Of a stretch of 64,000 nucleotides of DNA, positions 35,840-47,160 are shown in pieces (within the stretch, counting starts at the first letter, position 1; each line of letters begins with the position of its first letter). The translations under genes were made by a program, and so were the position numbers. The notes beneath the pieces were generated by a model, which made no database searches, was not told the origin of the DNA, and worked only from the letters and a program-made list of their open reading frames with translations. The DNA comes from a virus (taxonomy: Duplodnaviria; Heunggongvirae; Uroviricota; Caudoviricetes), in IMG/VR virus record IMGVR_UViG_3300023174_000034; one strand, 5' to 3'.

Positions 35840-38604
35840 TGACCACAGCAAATATACAAATTAGAGAAGTGTTATTCAAGCGTGGTAACACATCAGCCGC
35901 GGCAAACTACACAGGCCCTGTTGGTACCATTGTGATTGACACAGGACTCAATACCATACGCATCCAGGACGGTGCTACACCAGGTGGATTTCCAATAGCA
36001 CAAGGCATCCGTGGACTGCAGGGCAATGCAGGCGCACAGGGACCACAAGGCATACAAGGCAATGCCAGCACGGTGGCAGGACCACAAGGCATCCAGGGCA
36101 ATACCGGCCCACAAGGCGTACAGGGCATACAAGGCAATGCCGGCCCACAAGGCGTACAGGGAATCCAGGGAATCCAGGGCAATACAGGCGCACAAGGCAC
36201 CAGCGTGACCTTGGTTGGCAACGTGGCCAATCCTGCGGCTTTACCAGGATCTGGGTCAGCTGGACAAGGTTATATCGTAAACAGCACAGGCAATCTCTTT
36301 ATTTGGAACACCATTACCACATCATGGAACAACGTTGGCCCAATAGTTGGACCACAAGGTAATGCAGGCGCACAGGGTATCCAAGGTAATGCAGGCGCAC
36401 AGGGTATCCAAGGCATACAGGGCAATGCAGGCGCACAGGGACCACAAGGCATACAGGGCAATACAGGCGCACAAGGGCCACAGGGCATTCAAGGAAATGC
36501 AGGGCCACAGGGACCACAAGGCATACAGGGCAATGTTGGCGCAACAGGCACAGTGGACTACACATTATTGATTCCAATCAATGCAAACATAGCGGCAGCA
36601 AATGCGGCCATTGTCACTGCCAATACCAGCTTGAAGAGCTACACTGACACAGCCATCAGCACAGCCATCAACAACTTGATCAATTCAGCACCTGGCACCT
36701 TGGACACACTGGGTGAAATCGCAGCCAACTTGGCCAGCTCAGGTGGTGCCATTGCCAGTATACTGACCAGCATAACAAACACCAACAGCAATGTTACCAC
36801 TGCCAACACAGGCATGAAGAGCTATGTTGATGCACAGGTTACCACACTGACTTCTAATTCAGCAACACAAGCATCGTTGCTCAACACTATCAATGCAAAC
36901 TTGTCAGCGGCCAATACCAGCATCTCCACAAATCTCTCTCGACTGATCACACTAGAAAGCAACGTTGGTGCATATGAAGCTTATGCCAATCTAACATTCA
37001 GCAGTGTGAGTAATGCGGCCGCACAAGCCACAAGTATCAACACATTAGATGCCAACCTAGGCACAGCCACAACCAACATCACGACCTTGTTTAGTAATGC
37101 GGCCACACAGGCAAACAGTATTGTATCTGTCAATGCCAACGTCACAGCGGCCAATTCTGCAATGCAGACAATCACGGCCAACCTAGGTGCTTACCAGACC
37201 TGGGCTAATGGACGTATTACCACTCTTGATGGTAATCTTGGTACTGCCACTACAAATATCACAAACATCAGTGCCAATATTGGTGCTTACCAGACCTGGG
37301 CTAATGGACGTATTACCACTCTTGATGGTAATCTTGGTACTGCCACTACAAATATCACAAACATCAGTGCTAATATTGGTGCTTACCAAACATATGGTAA
37401 CCTAACATTCAGCACAGTGGCCAATGCAGGTACACAACAAACAGAGATCAATGCTCTACGTGCCAACGTCACAGCAGCCAACACATTGACCTACAGCAAT
37501 ACCAATGTCACAGCATTGCTGTCTGCAAACACAGTGACCACAATATCAACCACTGGCAACATCACCACCATAGCCAATGTTATTGCTCCAAACTATTTGT
37601 TTGCCAATGGTGTAAACATATTGTCAGGTAGTATATATGGTAACACACAAGCCAATGCCTTGTTGTCCAGCAACATAGTCAGTACAATATTCACAACTGG
37701 CAATATCACAACCATAGCCAATGTTATTGTATCCGGCACCACTCCTGCCACCACAGCAACCACAGGCGCAGTACAAATCACAGGTGGCATGGGCATTGCT
37801 GGTAACATATTCCAAACAGGACAACATACCATATCAAACGGTACACCTGCTACTAGTGCTGTAAGTGGTGCATTGATTGTGTCGGGTGGTATTGGTGTCA
37901 CCGGCAACATATTCCAAACTGGACAACATACCATATCAAACGGTACACCTGCTACCAGTGCTGTAAGTGGTGCATTGATTGTGTCACCGGGTGGCATGGG
38001 CATTGCTGGTAACATATTCCAAACAGGACAACTCACTGTTTCAAACACCACACCTGCTACCAGTGCTGTAAGTGGTGCAGTACAAATTACAGGTGGCATG
38101 GGCATTGCTGGTAACATATTCCAAACAGGACAACTCACTGTTTCAAACAGTACCATAAGTGCAAACACTGTGAGTGGTGCAGTGATCATCACAGGTGGTG
38201 CTGGCGTCGGCGGTAACTTGAACATAGGTGGAAACCTAGTGGCCAACGTGAACATCAGTTCACTCAGCAATAGAGCATACAGCGTGGGCTATCTGGGTAT
38301 ACCACAGAACACACAAGGTGCCAATTATGGAATATTGATAGGCGATGCTGGTCGACACATATATGTCACAGCAACCAGCACAGTGACTATTCCTGCCAAC
38401 AGCTCAGTTGCATTCCCGATCGGAACTGCCATCAGTATCATTGCCGGAACAGGTGCCACAGTCACTATCGCTATCACAACAGACACCATGTACCTGGCAG
38501 GTACAGGCACAACAGGATCACGCACACTGGCTGCATTTGGTATGGCCACAGCAGTCAAGGTCACAAGCACCGCATGGTTTATCAACGGAACAGGATTGAC
38601 CTAA
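35839..38604 (+). CDS. Tail fibre with Mtd-like N-terminus and collagen (Gly-X-Y) repeats
   Basis: KRGNT..YTG..G..DT....[10 protein letters not shown]; GxQ repeats; [12 protein letters not shown]. Confidence 0.85.
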   Translation: MTTANIQIREVLFKRGNTSAAANYTGPVGTIVIDTGLNTIRIQDGATPGGFPIAQGIRGLQGNAGAQGPQGIQGNASTVAGPQGIQGNTGPQGVQGIQGNAGPQGVQGIQGIQGNTGAQGTSVTLVGNVANPAALPGSGSAGQGYIVNSTGNLFIWNTITTSWNNVGPIVGPQGNAGAQGIQGNAGAQGIQGIQGNAGAQGPQGIQGNTGAQGPQGIQGNAGPQGPQGIQGNVGATGTVDYTLLIPINANIAAANAAIVTANTSLKSYTDTAISTAINNLINSAPGTLDTLGEIAANLASSGGAIASILTSITNTNSNVTTANTGMKSYVDAQVTTLTSNSATQASLLNTINANLSAANTSISTNLSRLITLESNVGAYEAYANLTFSSVSNAAAQATSINTLDANLGTATTNITTLFSNAATQANSIVSVNANVTAANSAMQTITANLGAYQTWANGRITTLDGNLGTATTNITNISANIGAYQTWANGRITTLDGNLGTATTNITNISANIGAYQTYGNLTFSTVANAGTQQTEINALRANVTAANTLTYSNTNVTALLSANTVTTISTTGNITTIANVIAPNYLFANGVNILSGSIYGNTQANALLSSNIVSTIFTTGNITTIANVIVSGTTPATTATTGAVQITGGMGIAGNIFQTGQHTISNGTPATSAVSGALIVSGGIGVTGNIFQTGQHTISNGTPATSAVSGALIVSPGGMGIAGNIFQTGQLTVSNTTPATSAVSGAVQITGGMGIAGNIFQTGQLTVSNSTISANTVSGAVIITGGAGVGGNLNIGGNLVANVNISSLSNRAYSVGYLGIPQNTQGANYGILIGDAGRHIYVTATSTVTIPANSSVAFPIGTAISIIAGTGATVTIAITTDTMYLAGTGTTGSRTLAAFGMATAVKVTSTAWFINGTGLT
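36001..36549 (+). repeat. Collagen-like GXY coding repeats (two blocks)
   Basis: [11 protein letters not shown] units. Confidence 0.9.
37186..37390 (+). repeat. Near-perfect 96-bp tandem duplication
   Basis: [32 protein letters not shown] twice (starts 37186 and 37282). Confidence 0.9.
37765..38180 (+). repeat. ~117-120-bp tandem repeats in the fibre gene
   Basis: [26 protein letters not shown], four copies. Confidence 0.85.
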
Positions 38605-38605
38605 C

Positions 38606-39982
38606 ATGAGTGGTACCATGATGTTACAAGCCAGTTATGGCGCTGCCGCACCAGTCAGCTTGATCTGGAGTCTGGACGCATCAGCTCTGGGTGCCATGCC
38701 TGGTGCAAGTCTAACAACCAGTGCCAGTTTCAATGGTTCAAGTCAGTATCTCACTGTTACCAATTCAGCACTTGTTTTTGACCCTGCGGTATCAGCAGGC
38801 GATTTTACTGTGGAGGCATGGTTTTATCCCACAAACGTAACCGGCAGTCACACGCTGTTTTGTTTGGGCACAGAAACCACCAACAGATTTGTTGTTGCTT
38901 TAGCCGGCACTTCAGTGACTACCAATTTGTTTGGTTCTGGCACTGTGACCTACACCAGTACAGTGCCTATCACGACCTGGACTCACATTGCTGTGGTTCG
39001 TTCAGGAACCACGGTCAGCGTTTATATCAACGGTACTGCCAGTGCCACAACAGATACTCAAGCCGGCGCTTTGGGTAATGGTGCTGTGAACATCGGTGCA
39101 GACTCTGGTGGTGCGGCATTGTTTGTGGGTTATATATCAAACTTTCGAGTTGGCAGCACAGCAGTATACACAGCAGGCTTCACTCCATCCACCACAGCAC
39201 TGGGCTTGGTCGCAGGAACCATATTGTTGTTGCCACTGACCGGCGCACCATTCACAGACGTATCACGATCAGACATGATAGTGACCAACAACGGATCTGT
39301 TGCGACCACTGCCAGTGCTCCCACTCTCACCGCACCAACCACAGATCTACTGGGCTCGTATGGTGCATTGACAGTGACCAATAATCTGTCGCAGATTGCC
39401 TGGAGCAGTTCGCAAGGTGGCACATTGACCAAGCTCTCAGGTGGCACCAGCGGCAACACACAAAAAATCTCAGGTGGCCCGGCTATCAACAGCACCACAA
39501 GTTACAGCGTGTTCTTTGCATACAAGCTGGAACCTGTTTCATCCAGCAACGGCAACGGCAGGATGTTGAGCACGAACAATGAAGCAACCTACGGCGACTG
39601 GCTGTTGGGCTCATATGCTCCAGGATCTCCAAGCACACCACAGTATATAAATTCATGGTACAACGGTACTGACATGGGCTACAACGTGGACGCAGGCGAC
39701 ACAGACTGGCACTTTATCTGGGCCACATGGAAAAAAGGCACTACCACACCCAAGAAGTACATTGCATCAGCCACTGTGAACAACACCGTGGGTCCAACAT
39801 CAGCATACAAGACTGGTACTTCAGCAGGCAATGGATTCAATGGATTTTACTTGTGGAACAGAAGCAACACATTTGAACCCGCATGTGGCAGGATAGGATT
39901 CATCAGGGTGTATGACGGTGAGCTCAGTCTGGCACAGATACAAAATCAGTGGGCCGCACAACATGCAAGATTCGGAATCTAA
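38606..39982 (+). CDS. Concanavalin A/LamG-like lectin protein (fibre partner)
   Basis: DFTVEAWFYP, WTHIAVVRSG..VYING, GYISNFRV, IRVYDGELS. Confidence 0.8.
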   Translation: MSGTMMLQASYGAAAPVSLIWSLDASALGAMPGASLTTSASFNGSSQYLTVTNSALVFDPAVSAGDFTVEAWFYPTNVTGSHTLFCLGTETTNRFVVALAGTSVTTNLFGSGTVTYTSTVPITTWTHIAVVRSGTTVSVYINGTASATTDTQAGALGNGAVNIGADSGGAALFVGYISNFRVGSTAVYTAGFTPSTTALGLVAGTILLLPLTGAPFTDVSRSDMIVTNNGSVATTASAPTLTAPTTDLLGSYGALTVTNNLSQIAWSSSQGGTLTKLSGGTSGNTQKISGGPAINSTTSYSVFFAYKLEPVSSSNGNGRMLSTNNEATYGDWLLGSYAPGSPSTPQYINSWYNGTDMGYNVDAGDTDWHFIWATWKKGTTTPKKYIASATVNNTVGPTSAYKTGTSAGNGFNGFYLWNRSNTFEPACGRIGFIRVYDGELSLAQIQNQWAAQHARFGI

Positions 39983-40010
39983 GTATGAATACACAAGCGA
40001 CTAATAAACA

Positions 40011-41591
40011 ATGACAGACTTTACACAGGATCTTTTTGCTAGACGCCGTAATGCCAGCGATGGAAACACCAGAGTTGTTTCTGAAGGCAGGCTATGGTAT
40101 GACAGCGTCACCAATACCATGCGTGTTAGTGATGGTCACACACCTGGCGGGCAAATTGTAACAGGGCAAAGTGGGTCGTACACACTACCCACTGCTACGT
40201 CTAGTGTGAAAGGTGGTGTGCAACTTGGCGCCAACGTTATTGCCGCAGGTGCATCAATTGATGTGCTACAACCAACTCGTGTGAGTCAGCTGGAAAACGA
40301 TTCAAACTATTTGAGCGGCTCAGTATTAGCAGGCTATGCAACAGAAACATTTGTAACCACTCGTGGGTATATCACCAGCGCGGCGCTGTCTACAGGCAAC
40401 GCCAATGTGATCGCGGCCAATAGCCGTATTGCTTCTATAGATGCCAACATTGGTGCTTACCAAATTTGGGCAAATGCCAACATTGCTGGACTCAGTTCCA
40501 ACGCAGGCACACAAGCCACCAGCATCAATACCATTTCAGCTAATCTGGGTGCATACCAGACTTTTGCTAACAGTCGTATTACCACACTGGATGCCAATCT
40601 TGGCACAGCCACAACAAACATAACCACACTGGATGCCAATCTAGGTGTGAGATTTACCACACTGAATACATTACATGCCAACGTTGGTGCTTATCAAACC
40701 TGGGCTAACGGTCGCATTACCACACTGGATGCCAACTTAGGCACAGCAACAACCAATATTTCAAATTTAGTCACACAGTCCAACGCCAACACCGCAGCCT
40801 ACCTAACAACCTACACTGGTAATATTGCAAGTGGTAATGTGAGAACAACTGCCAATGTAACTGTAGGTGGCAACATATTGGTCACCAATGGTTATGCCAA
40901 TGTTATCTATGCGCCTAGTACTACAATTGGTGCCGCGTATCAGGCCACAGCGGCCAACACACAAGGTGGCACAGGCTACGCCGATTTCTTGCGAGCTACC
41001 AACACTTCTGGTGGAGCAACCAATCCAAACAAAACATTCCGCTTGAACAGCACCGGCGCAATGGAAGTTATCAATAGTGCCTATACTGCAACCTTGATGT
41101 CAATCAGTGACGCAGGTTTTATGAGTGTTAGTGCAGGGTATCAAGTTGCAGGTAAACAAGCAGTGAATGGTCCTGCGTTTAGAGCCTATGTAGACACTGG
41201 TCAGACCATTACATCAGGTAGTCAGCAAAGAGTAACTTTTGGCACTGAAAATTTTGATACCAACAGTAATTTTGCTAGCTCAACATTTACACCCACTCTT
41301 GAAGGCTACTATCAGTTTAATGCAGTGGTTCGTATCAGTGGCACAGCAACCACCGGTGAATGTATGCTGGTACTGTACAGGAACGGCACAGAATATGCTC
41401 GTGGCACCAATGAGTCTGGAACTGAACAAGGCGCAAACTTCTACTCAATGATGGTATCCGACATTGCCTATGCCAATGGTACAGGAGACTACTTTGATGT
41501 GAGGATTCAACAAACTTCGGGTGGAGATAGAACCACCACAGCAGGCTCAGCGATTTCGCACTTTAGTGGGTGTATGATACGTGGTGCATGA
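40011..41591 (+). CDS. Tail fibre with C1q-like C-terminal domain
   Basis: GRLWYD...RVSDGHTPGG; PAFRAY..F..ENFDT...FTPT.EGYYQF...FSG. Confidence 0.75.
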   Translation: MTDFTQDLFARRRNASDGNTRVVSEGRLWYDSVTNTMRVSDGHTPGGQIVTGQSGSYTLPTATSSVKGGVQLGANVIAAGASIDVLQPTRVSQLENDSNYLSGSVLAGYATETFVTTRGYITSAALSTGNANVIAANSRIASIDANIGAYQIWANANIAGLSSNAGTQATSINTISANLGAYQTFANSRITTLDANLGTATTNITTLDANLGVRFTTLNTLHANVGAYQTWANGRITTLDANLGTATTNISNLVTQSNANTAAYLTTYTGNIASGNVRTTANVTVGGNILVTNGYANVIYAPSTTIGAAYQATAANTQGGTGYADFLRATNTSGGATNPNKTFRLNSTGAMEVINSAYTATLMSISDAGFMSVSAGYQVAGKQAVNGPAFRAYVDTGQTITSGSQQRVTFGTENFDTNSNFASSTFTPTLEGYYQFNAVVRISGTATTGECMLVLYRNGTEYARGTNESGTEQGANFYSMMVSDIAYANGTGDYFDVRIQQTSGGDRTTTAGSAISHFSGCMIRGA

Positions 41592-41621
41592 CAATAAATA
41601 CACAATAAACGGATACATAAA

Positions 41622-44600
41622 ATGGCCAAGCAAGTAATATACCGCAGAGGAACCACAGCAGAACATGCAAATTTTGTGGGTGCAAATGGTGAGATCACAG
41701 TAGACACAGTGAAACATGTGGTGATCGTTCATGACGGTGTCACTCCCGGCGGTTTTCCACTTGCCAATGCCAGCACAATAACTGCCAACATCAGCGCACT
41801 CACTGCCAATGCTGCCAACCAAGCCGCTGCCATCACAGTGCTACAAGCCAATGCCGCAACACAATCTGCCAACATTGCCACCCTGGTTGCCAATGCTGCC
41901 GCACAACAGGCCAGCATCAATGCATTTACATTGTCATCAAACGCCACTGCTATCTTTGCCAACATTGCAGGAGTTCGTGCCAACGTTGAGGCCGCAAATG
42001 TGCAGATTGGTCTGCTGTACGGCAATGCCACAATACAAAGCGAATCAATCACACTAGCCAATGCCAGCATCACGGCACTGCGAGCAAACATTGCCGCGGC
42101 CAACGTGGCCATTGCTGGTATTGTGACTGGCACCGCATTTGTAACACAAACAGCATTTGCCAACAACTTGACAGCAGTGAACTCTGCTATCAGCACACAA
42201 GGTACAACCTTTGCCACCAACGTGGCAGTAGCAGGAATTCGTGCCAACGTCACAGCAGCCAATGTAGAGATCAGTCGCTTGCAGGCCAATATTGCGGCGG
42301 CCAATGTGGCTATTGAAAACATTGCGCTGAGTCCGTCATTGATCAATTCAATTGCTCAATCGGTCGGCCCTATTGTCACAGCTGGATCATTCTACTCAAA
42401 TTCAAACTTGGCAGGATATCTGAGTGGCAACGTCACTGTTGGTAATATTAAATCTGCACAATACAATTTTGCCAACGGTGTGAACATCTTGACTACAGTA
42501 CCAGGTACATATTCAAATGCCAACGTGGCCTCATACTTGCCAACCTACACTGGCAACATTGCTGCCAATATTGTCAAGAATGGCAATGTCTGGACTTTTG
42601 GCACAGATGGTACCACACGATTCCCAACTGGTGGCCTGATATCAAATTTTCCAGGCATCACAGGTGCCAACAACAGTTGGTTTGTAACACCCGGCAACGG
42701 TACTGGTGGTATTTCCAGCCAAGACGGTCAGCAATACATACAGGTAAACAATGATTTGTTTGTTGAGATTGGCACAGGTTACGGCACAGCAAATGCATTT
42801 GTTTGGCAATTTGGCCTTGATGGTACGTTTGCTCTTGATGGCAACATCAGCACCACGGGCAATGTCAATGCAGGATACTTGCAAGTAGGCAGTGGTATTG
42901 TTGCTGGGCCATTTGCATCAAGTCCGGCACCGGTCATTTCTGGATTCAGTAGCATCAGTGCTGAGAATTTCAAATTCCTGGCCAACGGTGTGAACATTTT
43001 AACCACTGTGGCAGGTACATATTCAAATGCCAACGTGGCCGCATACCTTACTCGTGGAACATCTCCGTATGCTGGTATTACTATGGCAGGAAATGTATAT
43101 GCAGGTCCAGTGACTGGATCCGCCGCGGAGGCAGGATTCCGTCCATTAACCGTTACTGATTTGCCAAACCTCAGCGCCAACATCTCAAGTTACTTGAGTT
43201 CCAACAGTAGCACAAACATTTCTACCACAGGTAACTTGTATGTGGGAGGCACGCTGTACGTGGTTGGTAATGTTACCCAAATGAACTACGAGATCGTAAA
43301 CAACACAGAAATAGCCAATGCTATCTCTGCCACTGGCAACATTTCTACCACTGCCAACATTATTGCTCCAAACTACCTGGTAACAGGTGCTGGATCAATT
43401 GGCCGGTACACACAGGGTGGTCTTGTGGGCATAAAGATGGTGGCCAATTCTGCCCTGGGCACCAACGTGGCCATCATGGGCACAGGAAACATCACGTTTC
43501 CAATCTTGAACTATGTTGGTACCACACTGTATGGCGTCACTATAGGTACACCGGGCGGAGACTGGAACTTCAGTGCCAACACTGGTGATTTAACATTGCC
43601 AAGCCAACTGTTATTCCCCCAAGGCACAACTCTTTACAACAACGGAATGACAGTTAGTGCAAATGTATTTTACGCTATTCGTGCATCTGGAAACACTGGT
43701 GGTGCCGATCTACAATGGTTTGGTAATGCAAATGTAGGAACTACAAAGTGGAACGCCGTGAGATTGAATAGTCCAGAGGCCGCAACTGAAGGAACTATAG
43801 TATTATCTGCTGGGCGATTTGTTGCCAGTAAAAACTGGGAATTTAGAGCAGATGGTAGTTTAACAACGCCCGGTAATATAACATTGCCCAACGGTGCAGT
43901 GATTCGAGACACAGCCGGTGATGCCATAGCATACGGACGAAATGCTGGACTAACCTCACAAGGCACAGAGGCTGTGGCAATTGGTGTAGTCGCAGGTGGT
44001 TCAGCACAAGGTACTGGTGCAGTGGCGATTGGCAGCGCGGCCGGCTACACCAATCAAGGTACTAATTCTATAGCAATTGGCAAGGCAGCGGGTTCAACCA
44101 ATCAAGCCAGTAACTCAATCCAGCTGAACGCCACTGGTGGTTCTTTGGATCAACCCACTGCCAACACATTCACAGTGGCACCGGTCCGAAACGATGTGGC
44201 CAATGTGTCTCAGGTCCTGTTCTACAACACCACTTCAAAAGAAGTCACTTATGGCAACACCATAAGTGTAGCTGGCAACATCAATGCCAGTCAATTCAAT
44301 TTTGCCAATGGTGTAAACATCTTGAGCACAGTAGCAAGTACCTACAGCAATGCCAATGTGGCCAGTTACTTGCCAACCTATTCAGGCAACGTCCGTGCTC
44401 TAAACTTTGTTGGTGCTGTTCGAGCCCAGGTGGGATCTAGTTTTTCCTATGCTACAGATGCATTTGGTGCTATTTACGATACCAGCTTTGTGTTCTTACC
44501 GTCGGACACTAATTCAAATGCCATAGTAGCCGGATATACCATAGTTGGCAATAGTGGCGCAGTGACATTGACTGTTACATCGGCATCTGTTGTTGTTGGT

Positions 44601-45515
44601 AGTCCCAACTTCGTCCAAGTTGCTACCACTCCAACTGCATCCTCATTTGCATATCCTGTCACAGTATATTCAGCTGATTATGTTGCGGCACTACCAAACT
44701 CAAGTTTGACAGTGGGCAATGCCGCAGTCGCAAGCAATGTCAGCATTGGCGGCAACTTGACTGTGAATGGCACAGGCTCGGCCCTTAGCCGAATCACTGT
44801 ATACGGCAGTGCCAGTGCCAATGCGTCACTGGGCATGTACAACAGCATTGTTGATAAAGGCGCACAAATATATCTTGGAGATAGTAATTTCAACTCTAGT
44901 ACCAAGTGGAATTCAGCTCCTGGTATTGGTGCAACCTACGATAGTAGTTATGGAGGACTGGCAGGTGCACTGGGACTCTACACATACGAAGGCAACGATA
45001 ACTCAAGAACTTTACGAGTAACAGTTGATGCACAACAAGGCGGAGTACAAGTACATTCAAATGCTGACTCATACTCAACCACAACCGGTGCGCTCAAGAT
45101 TGGTGGTGGCGTTGGCATTGGTGGTAACTTACATGTCAGTGGTAACATTGTACAGCAAAGTGCCTACTACGAAACCTATAGCAATGTCACAAACTCAGGT
45201 GGTAACCTGACCTGTAACTTTGCCAACAGTGCAACATTCTATGCCACGCTCACAGCCAACGTCACAGTGAACTTTACCAATGTTGTGGCCACAGCAGGTA
45301 GAGTAACAGGTGCAACACTGATCGTGGATCAGGGTGCTACTGCATATCGTGTGGCCAACATTCAGATCAACAGTGGTGGCATACAAACTGTCAAGTATGC
45401 AGGTGGCACACCAAACACAGGCACAGCCAGCAACACAGACGTCATGAGCTTTAGTTTGATCAGCTTAGATGGTACTAACTGGCGAGTGCTGGGACAAATC
45501 AGCAACTACGGATGA
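41622..45515 (+). CDS. Long tail fibre with Mtd-like N-terminus
   Basis: RRGTTAEHANFVGANGEITVDT....VHDGVTPGGFPLA; Asn/Ala/Thr-rich repeats; YadA-like AVAIG repeats. Confidence 0.85.
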   Translation: MAKQVIYRRGTTAEHANFVGANGEITVDTVKHVVIVHDGVTPGGFPLANASTITANISALTANAANQAAAITVLQANAATQSANIATLVANAAAQQASINAFTLSSNATAIFANIAGVRANVEAANVQIGLLYGNATIQSESITLANASITALRANIAAANVAIAGIVTGTAFVTQTAFANNLTAVNSAISTQGTTFATNVAVAGIRANVTAANVEISRLQANIAAANVAIENIALSPSLINSIAQSVGPIVTAGSFYSNSNLAGYLSGNVTVGNIKSAQYNFANGVNILTTVPGTYSNANVASYLPTYTGNIAANIVKNGNVWTFGTDGTTRFPTGGLISNFPGITGANNSWFVTPGNGTGGISSQDGQQYIQVNNDLFVEIGTGYGTANAFVWQFGLDGTFALDGNISTTGNVNAGYLQVGSGIVAGPFASSPAPVISGFSSISAENFKFLANGVNILTTVAGTYSNANVAAYLTRGTSPYAGITMAGNVYAGPVTGSAAEAGFRPLTVTDLPNLSANISSYLSSNSSTNISTTGNLYVGGTLYVVGNVTQMNYEIVNNTEIANAISATGNISTTANIIAPNYLVTGAGSIGRYTQGGLVGIKMVANSALGTNVAIMGTGNITFPILNYVGTTLYGVTIGTPGGDWNFSANTGDLTLPSQLLFPQGTTLYNNGMTVSANVFYAIRASGNTGGADLQWFGNANVGTTKWNAVRLNSPEAATEGTIVLSAGRFVASKNWEFRADGSLTTPGNITLPNGAVIRDTAGDAIAYGRNAGLTSQGTEAVAIGVVAGGSAQGTGAVAIGSAAGYTNQGTNSIAIGKAAGSTNQASNSIQLNATGGSLDQPTANTFTVAPVRNDVANVSQVLFYNTTSKEVTYGNTISVAGNINASQFNFANGVNILSTVASTYSNANVASYLPTYSGNVRALNFVGAVRAQVGSSFSYATDAFGAIYDTSFVFLPSDTNSNAIVAGYTIVGNSGAVTLTVTSASVVVGSPNFVQVATTPTASSFAYPVTVYSADYVAALPNSSLTVGNAAVASNVSIGGNLTVNGTGSALSRITVYGSASANASLGMYNSIVDKGAQIYLGDSNFNSSTKWNSAPGIGATYDSSYGGLAGALGLYTYEGNDNSRTLRVTVDAQQGGVQVHSNADSYSTTTGALKIGGGVGIGGNLHVSGNIVQQSAYYETYSNVTNSGGNLTCNFANSATFYATLTANVTVNFTNVVATAGRVTGATLIVDQGATAYRVANIQINSGGIQTVKYAGGTPNTGTASNTDVMSFSLISLDGTNWRVLGQISNYG

Positions 45516-45519
45516 TACA

Positions 45520-46242
45520 ATGAAACTAGGTAGATTTAGTGCTATCCATGCTCCGGTACAACGGATTTATAAAAGACCAGCAGTGGTTGCGGCAAACCCA
45601 ACTCCGGTGCTGGATCTAGATGCAGCCAACTATTCTGCTGTGCCTACTACAGGAAGCACAGTGGCTGGCACCGGCGCACATACTATCACAGTGGCCAATG
45701 CTGGCGGCAGTATCACTTGGCAATCTTCCAACGGTGGGGTATTTAGAAAAAGCACCAGCTCTGCCACTGATGTTATCTATGGTGGTCCTAACTATGTCAC
45801 CGGACAAAGTTATACTGTGTTCATGGCCTACAAACGCATAGCGACCTCTGATGGTAGATTATTGAACACACAAAGTGAAGCCAGCAAAGACTGGCTTATG
45901 GGCCTGTACAACGGCAACGACCAAACATTCTATCCTAACTTTGCAGTTAACCTGCCTTCCACGGGTGCTGATCTCTTCTGGCATCTTGATTGGGCTACTT
46001 GGGACACTTCAACAGGTCTAGGACAACTATATTCTGCAACCAGTGTCTCGCCGTCAAGCGTGACATTTTCTGCAACCAATGCTGGTGGCGGAGGTTTCGA
46101 TCAGTTGCGATTGTTCAGTCGTTCATTAGGCAGTGAAGTACAAACTGCTGACATAGCATTTATCAAAGTCTATAATGATGTGTTAACTCTGGCACAGATA
46201 AAAGCCCTATACGCCACGTACAAAACAAGGTTTTACCCCTAA
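45520..46242 (+). CDS. LamG-like lectin protein (fibre partner)
   Basis: LDLDAANY, YTVFMAYK, IKVYNDVLT; paralogous to 38606-39982. Confidence 0.75.
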   Translation: MKLGRFSAIHAPVQRIYKRPAVVAANPTPVLDLDAANYSAVPTTGSTVAGTGAHTITVANAGGSITWQSSNGGVFRKSTSSATDVIYGGPNYVTGQSYTVFMAYKRIATSDGRLLNTQSEASKDWLMGLYNGNDQTFYPNFAVNLPSTGADLFWHLDWATWDTSTGLGQLYSATSVSPSSVTFSATNAGGGGFDQLRLFSRSLGSEVQTADIAFIKVYNDVLTLAQIKALYATYKTRFYP

Positions 46243-46266
46243 GTTAACAAAAGTACTAGTTTTGGG

Positions 46267-46289
46267 GCCCCGCAAGGGGCTTTGTTTTT
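46267..46289 (+). terminator. Rho-independent terminator
   Basis: GCCCC-GCAA-GGGGC-TTTGTTTTT. Confidence 0.85.
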
Positions 46290-46291
46290 GG

Positions 46292-46320
46292 TTGACCAAA
46301 AAGCCCATTTCACATATAAT
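46292..46320 (+). promoter_or_regulatory. sigma70 promoter
   Basis: TTGACC-N17-TATAAT. Confidence 0.8.
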
Positions 46321-46326
46321 ACACAC

Positions 46327-46530
46327 ATGATACAAGTAAAAAACAAAAATCACGCACGAGAATTCGAAACCCTTGCACTTGCAATGGACTGGGCCAAAAC
46401 GCTGAACGAAGTGGTTGTCATACATGCCAACGGACATGAGTTTGTGGGCAAGTTTGGAGTAGACAGTATAAAAGAAGGTGTATGCCCGGATGGTGTTGCA
46501 TACACCTGGATGAAGCGGAGAACAATATAA
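46327..46530 (+). CDS. Small hypothetical early protein
   Basis: Start MIQVK lies 6 nt after the -10 box. Confidence 0.65.
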   Translation: MIQVKNKNHAREFETLALAMDWAKTLNEVVVIHANGHEFVGKFGVDSIKEGVCPDGVAYTWMKRRTI

Positions 46531-46661
46531 TGGCAAATGTCAAAAAAGGTAACCTAACAGCGCCTCCACAATGGTGGAAGCACCTGAGAGATTGGAAGAG
46601 AATTTTTTGGAAATCTGAACGACAAGCACAAAAGAAAGAGAGTCGAAATGCCTTGGATTGA
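46530..46661 (+). CDS. Small basic Trp-rich protein (43 aa), not in the ORF track
   Basis: TAATG overlap; MANVKKGNLTAPPQWWKHLRDWKRIFWKSER. Confidence 0.55.
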   Translation: MANVKKGNLTAPPQWWKHLRDWKRIFWKSERQAQKKESRNALD

Positions 46662-47112
46662 AAATGTAGCGGCCGCCGATATCCCTAAAGGATTTCATCA
46701 TGACGCCGGCATCAACTCAATGTTGATCAGCATTACAGACCCTGCTGGATGGCCACCTACTGCAAAACATCAGTTCAAGGAACGACATAATTTTGAGTTT
46801 CTGGATGCAGAAGACACAGACGGTGATCCGGAAGAAGCAAAGATCAGCCGCGAGCAAGCACAAGAACTGGTACGCCTGTTGCAACATGCACTGGCCAACC
46901 ACATGAATGTGGTTGTGCATTGTACCGCAGGCATTTGTCGTTCGGGTGCAGTGGTTGAAGTGGGCGTGATGCTGGGCTTTGGCGACACTGAGCGTTTTCG
47001 CAGTCCAAATCTGCGTGTGAAACATCGCATGATGCAAGCACTGGGATGGACCTACGATGCAGACGAAAAGCCCAATATTGATGATTGGCGCACTTTCAGA
47101 TCGGTTGACTAG
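46648..47112 (+). CDS. Protein-tyrosine/dual-specificity phosphatase-like protein
   Basis: VHCTAGICRS (CX5R). Confidence 0.85.
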   Translation: MPWIENVAAADIPKGFHHDAGINSMLISITDPAGWPPTAKHQFKERHNFEFLDAEDTDGDPEEAKISREQAQELVRLLQHALANHMNVVVHCTAGICRSGAVVEVGVMLGFGDTERFRSPNLRVKHRMMQALGWTYDADEKPNIDDWRTFRSVD

Positions 47113-47133
47113 AAACCCAAAAGGTCGTACAAT
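47105..47133 (+). promoter_or_regulatory. sigma70 promoter
   Basis: TTGACT-N17-TACAAT. Confidence 0.7.
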
Positions 47134-47160
47134 AGCATATTAAACGGTACAGGAGCCACC

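Noticed and set aside
36001-38180. CRISPR array
   Set aside because: The repeats are in-frame coding repeats without unique spacers, and there are no cas genes.
35839-45515. Diversity-generating retroelement suggested by Mtd-like N-termini
   Set aside because: There is no reverse transcriptase and no adenine-variable TR/VR pair in the window; only the structural N-terminal motif is shared.
35839-45515. N-x-S/T sequon enrichment in fibres as evidence of N-glycosylation
   Set aside because: The proteins are so Asn/Ser/Thr-rich that enrichment cannot be judged without a shuffled-composition test.
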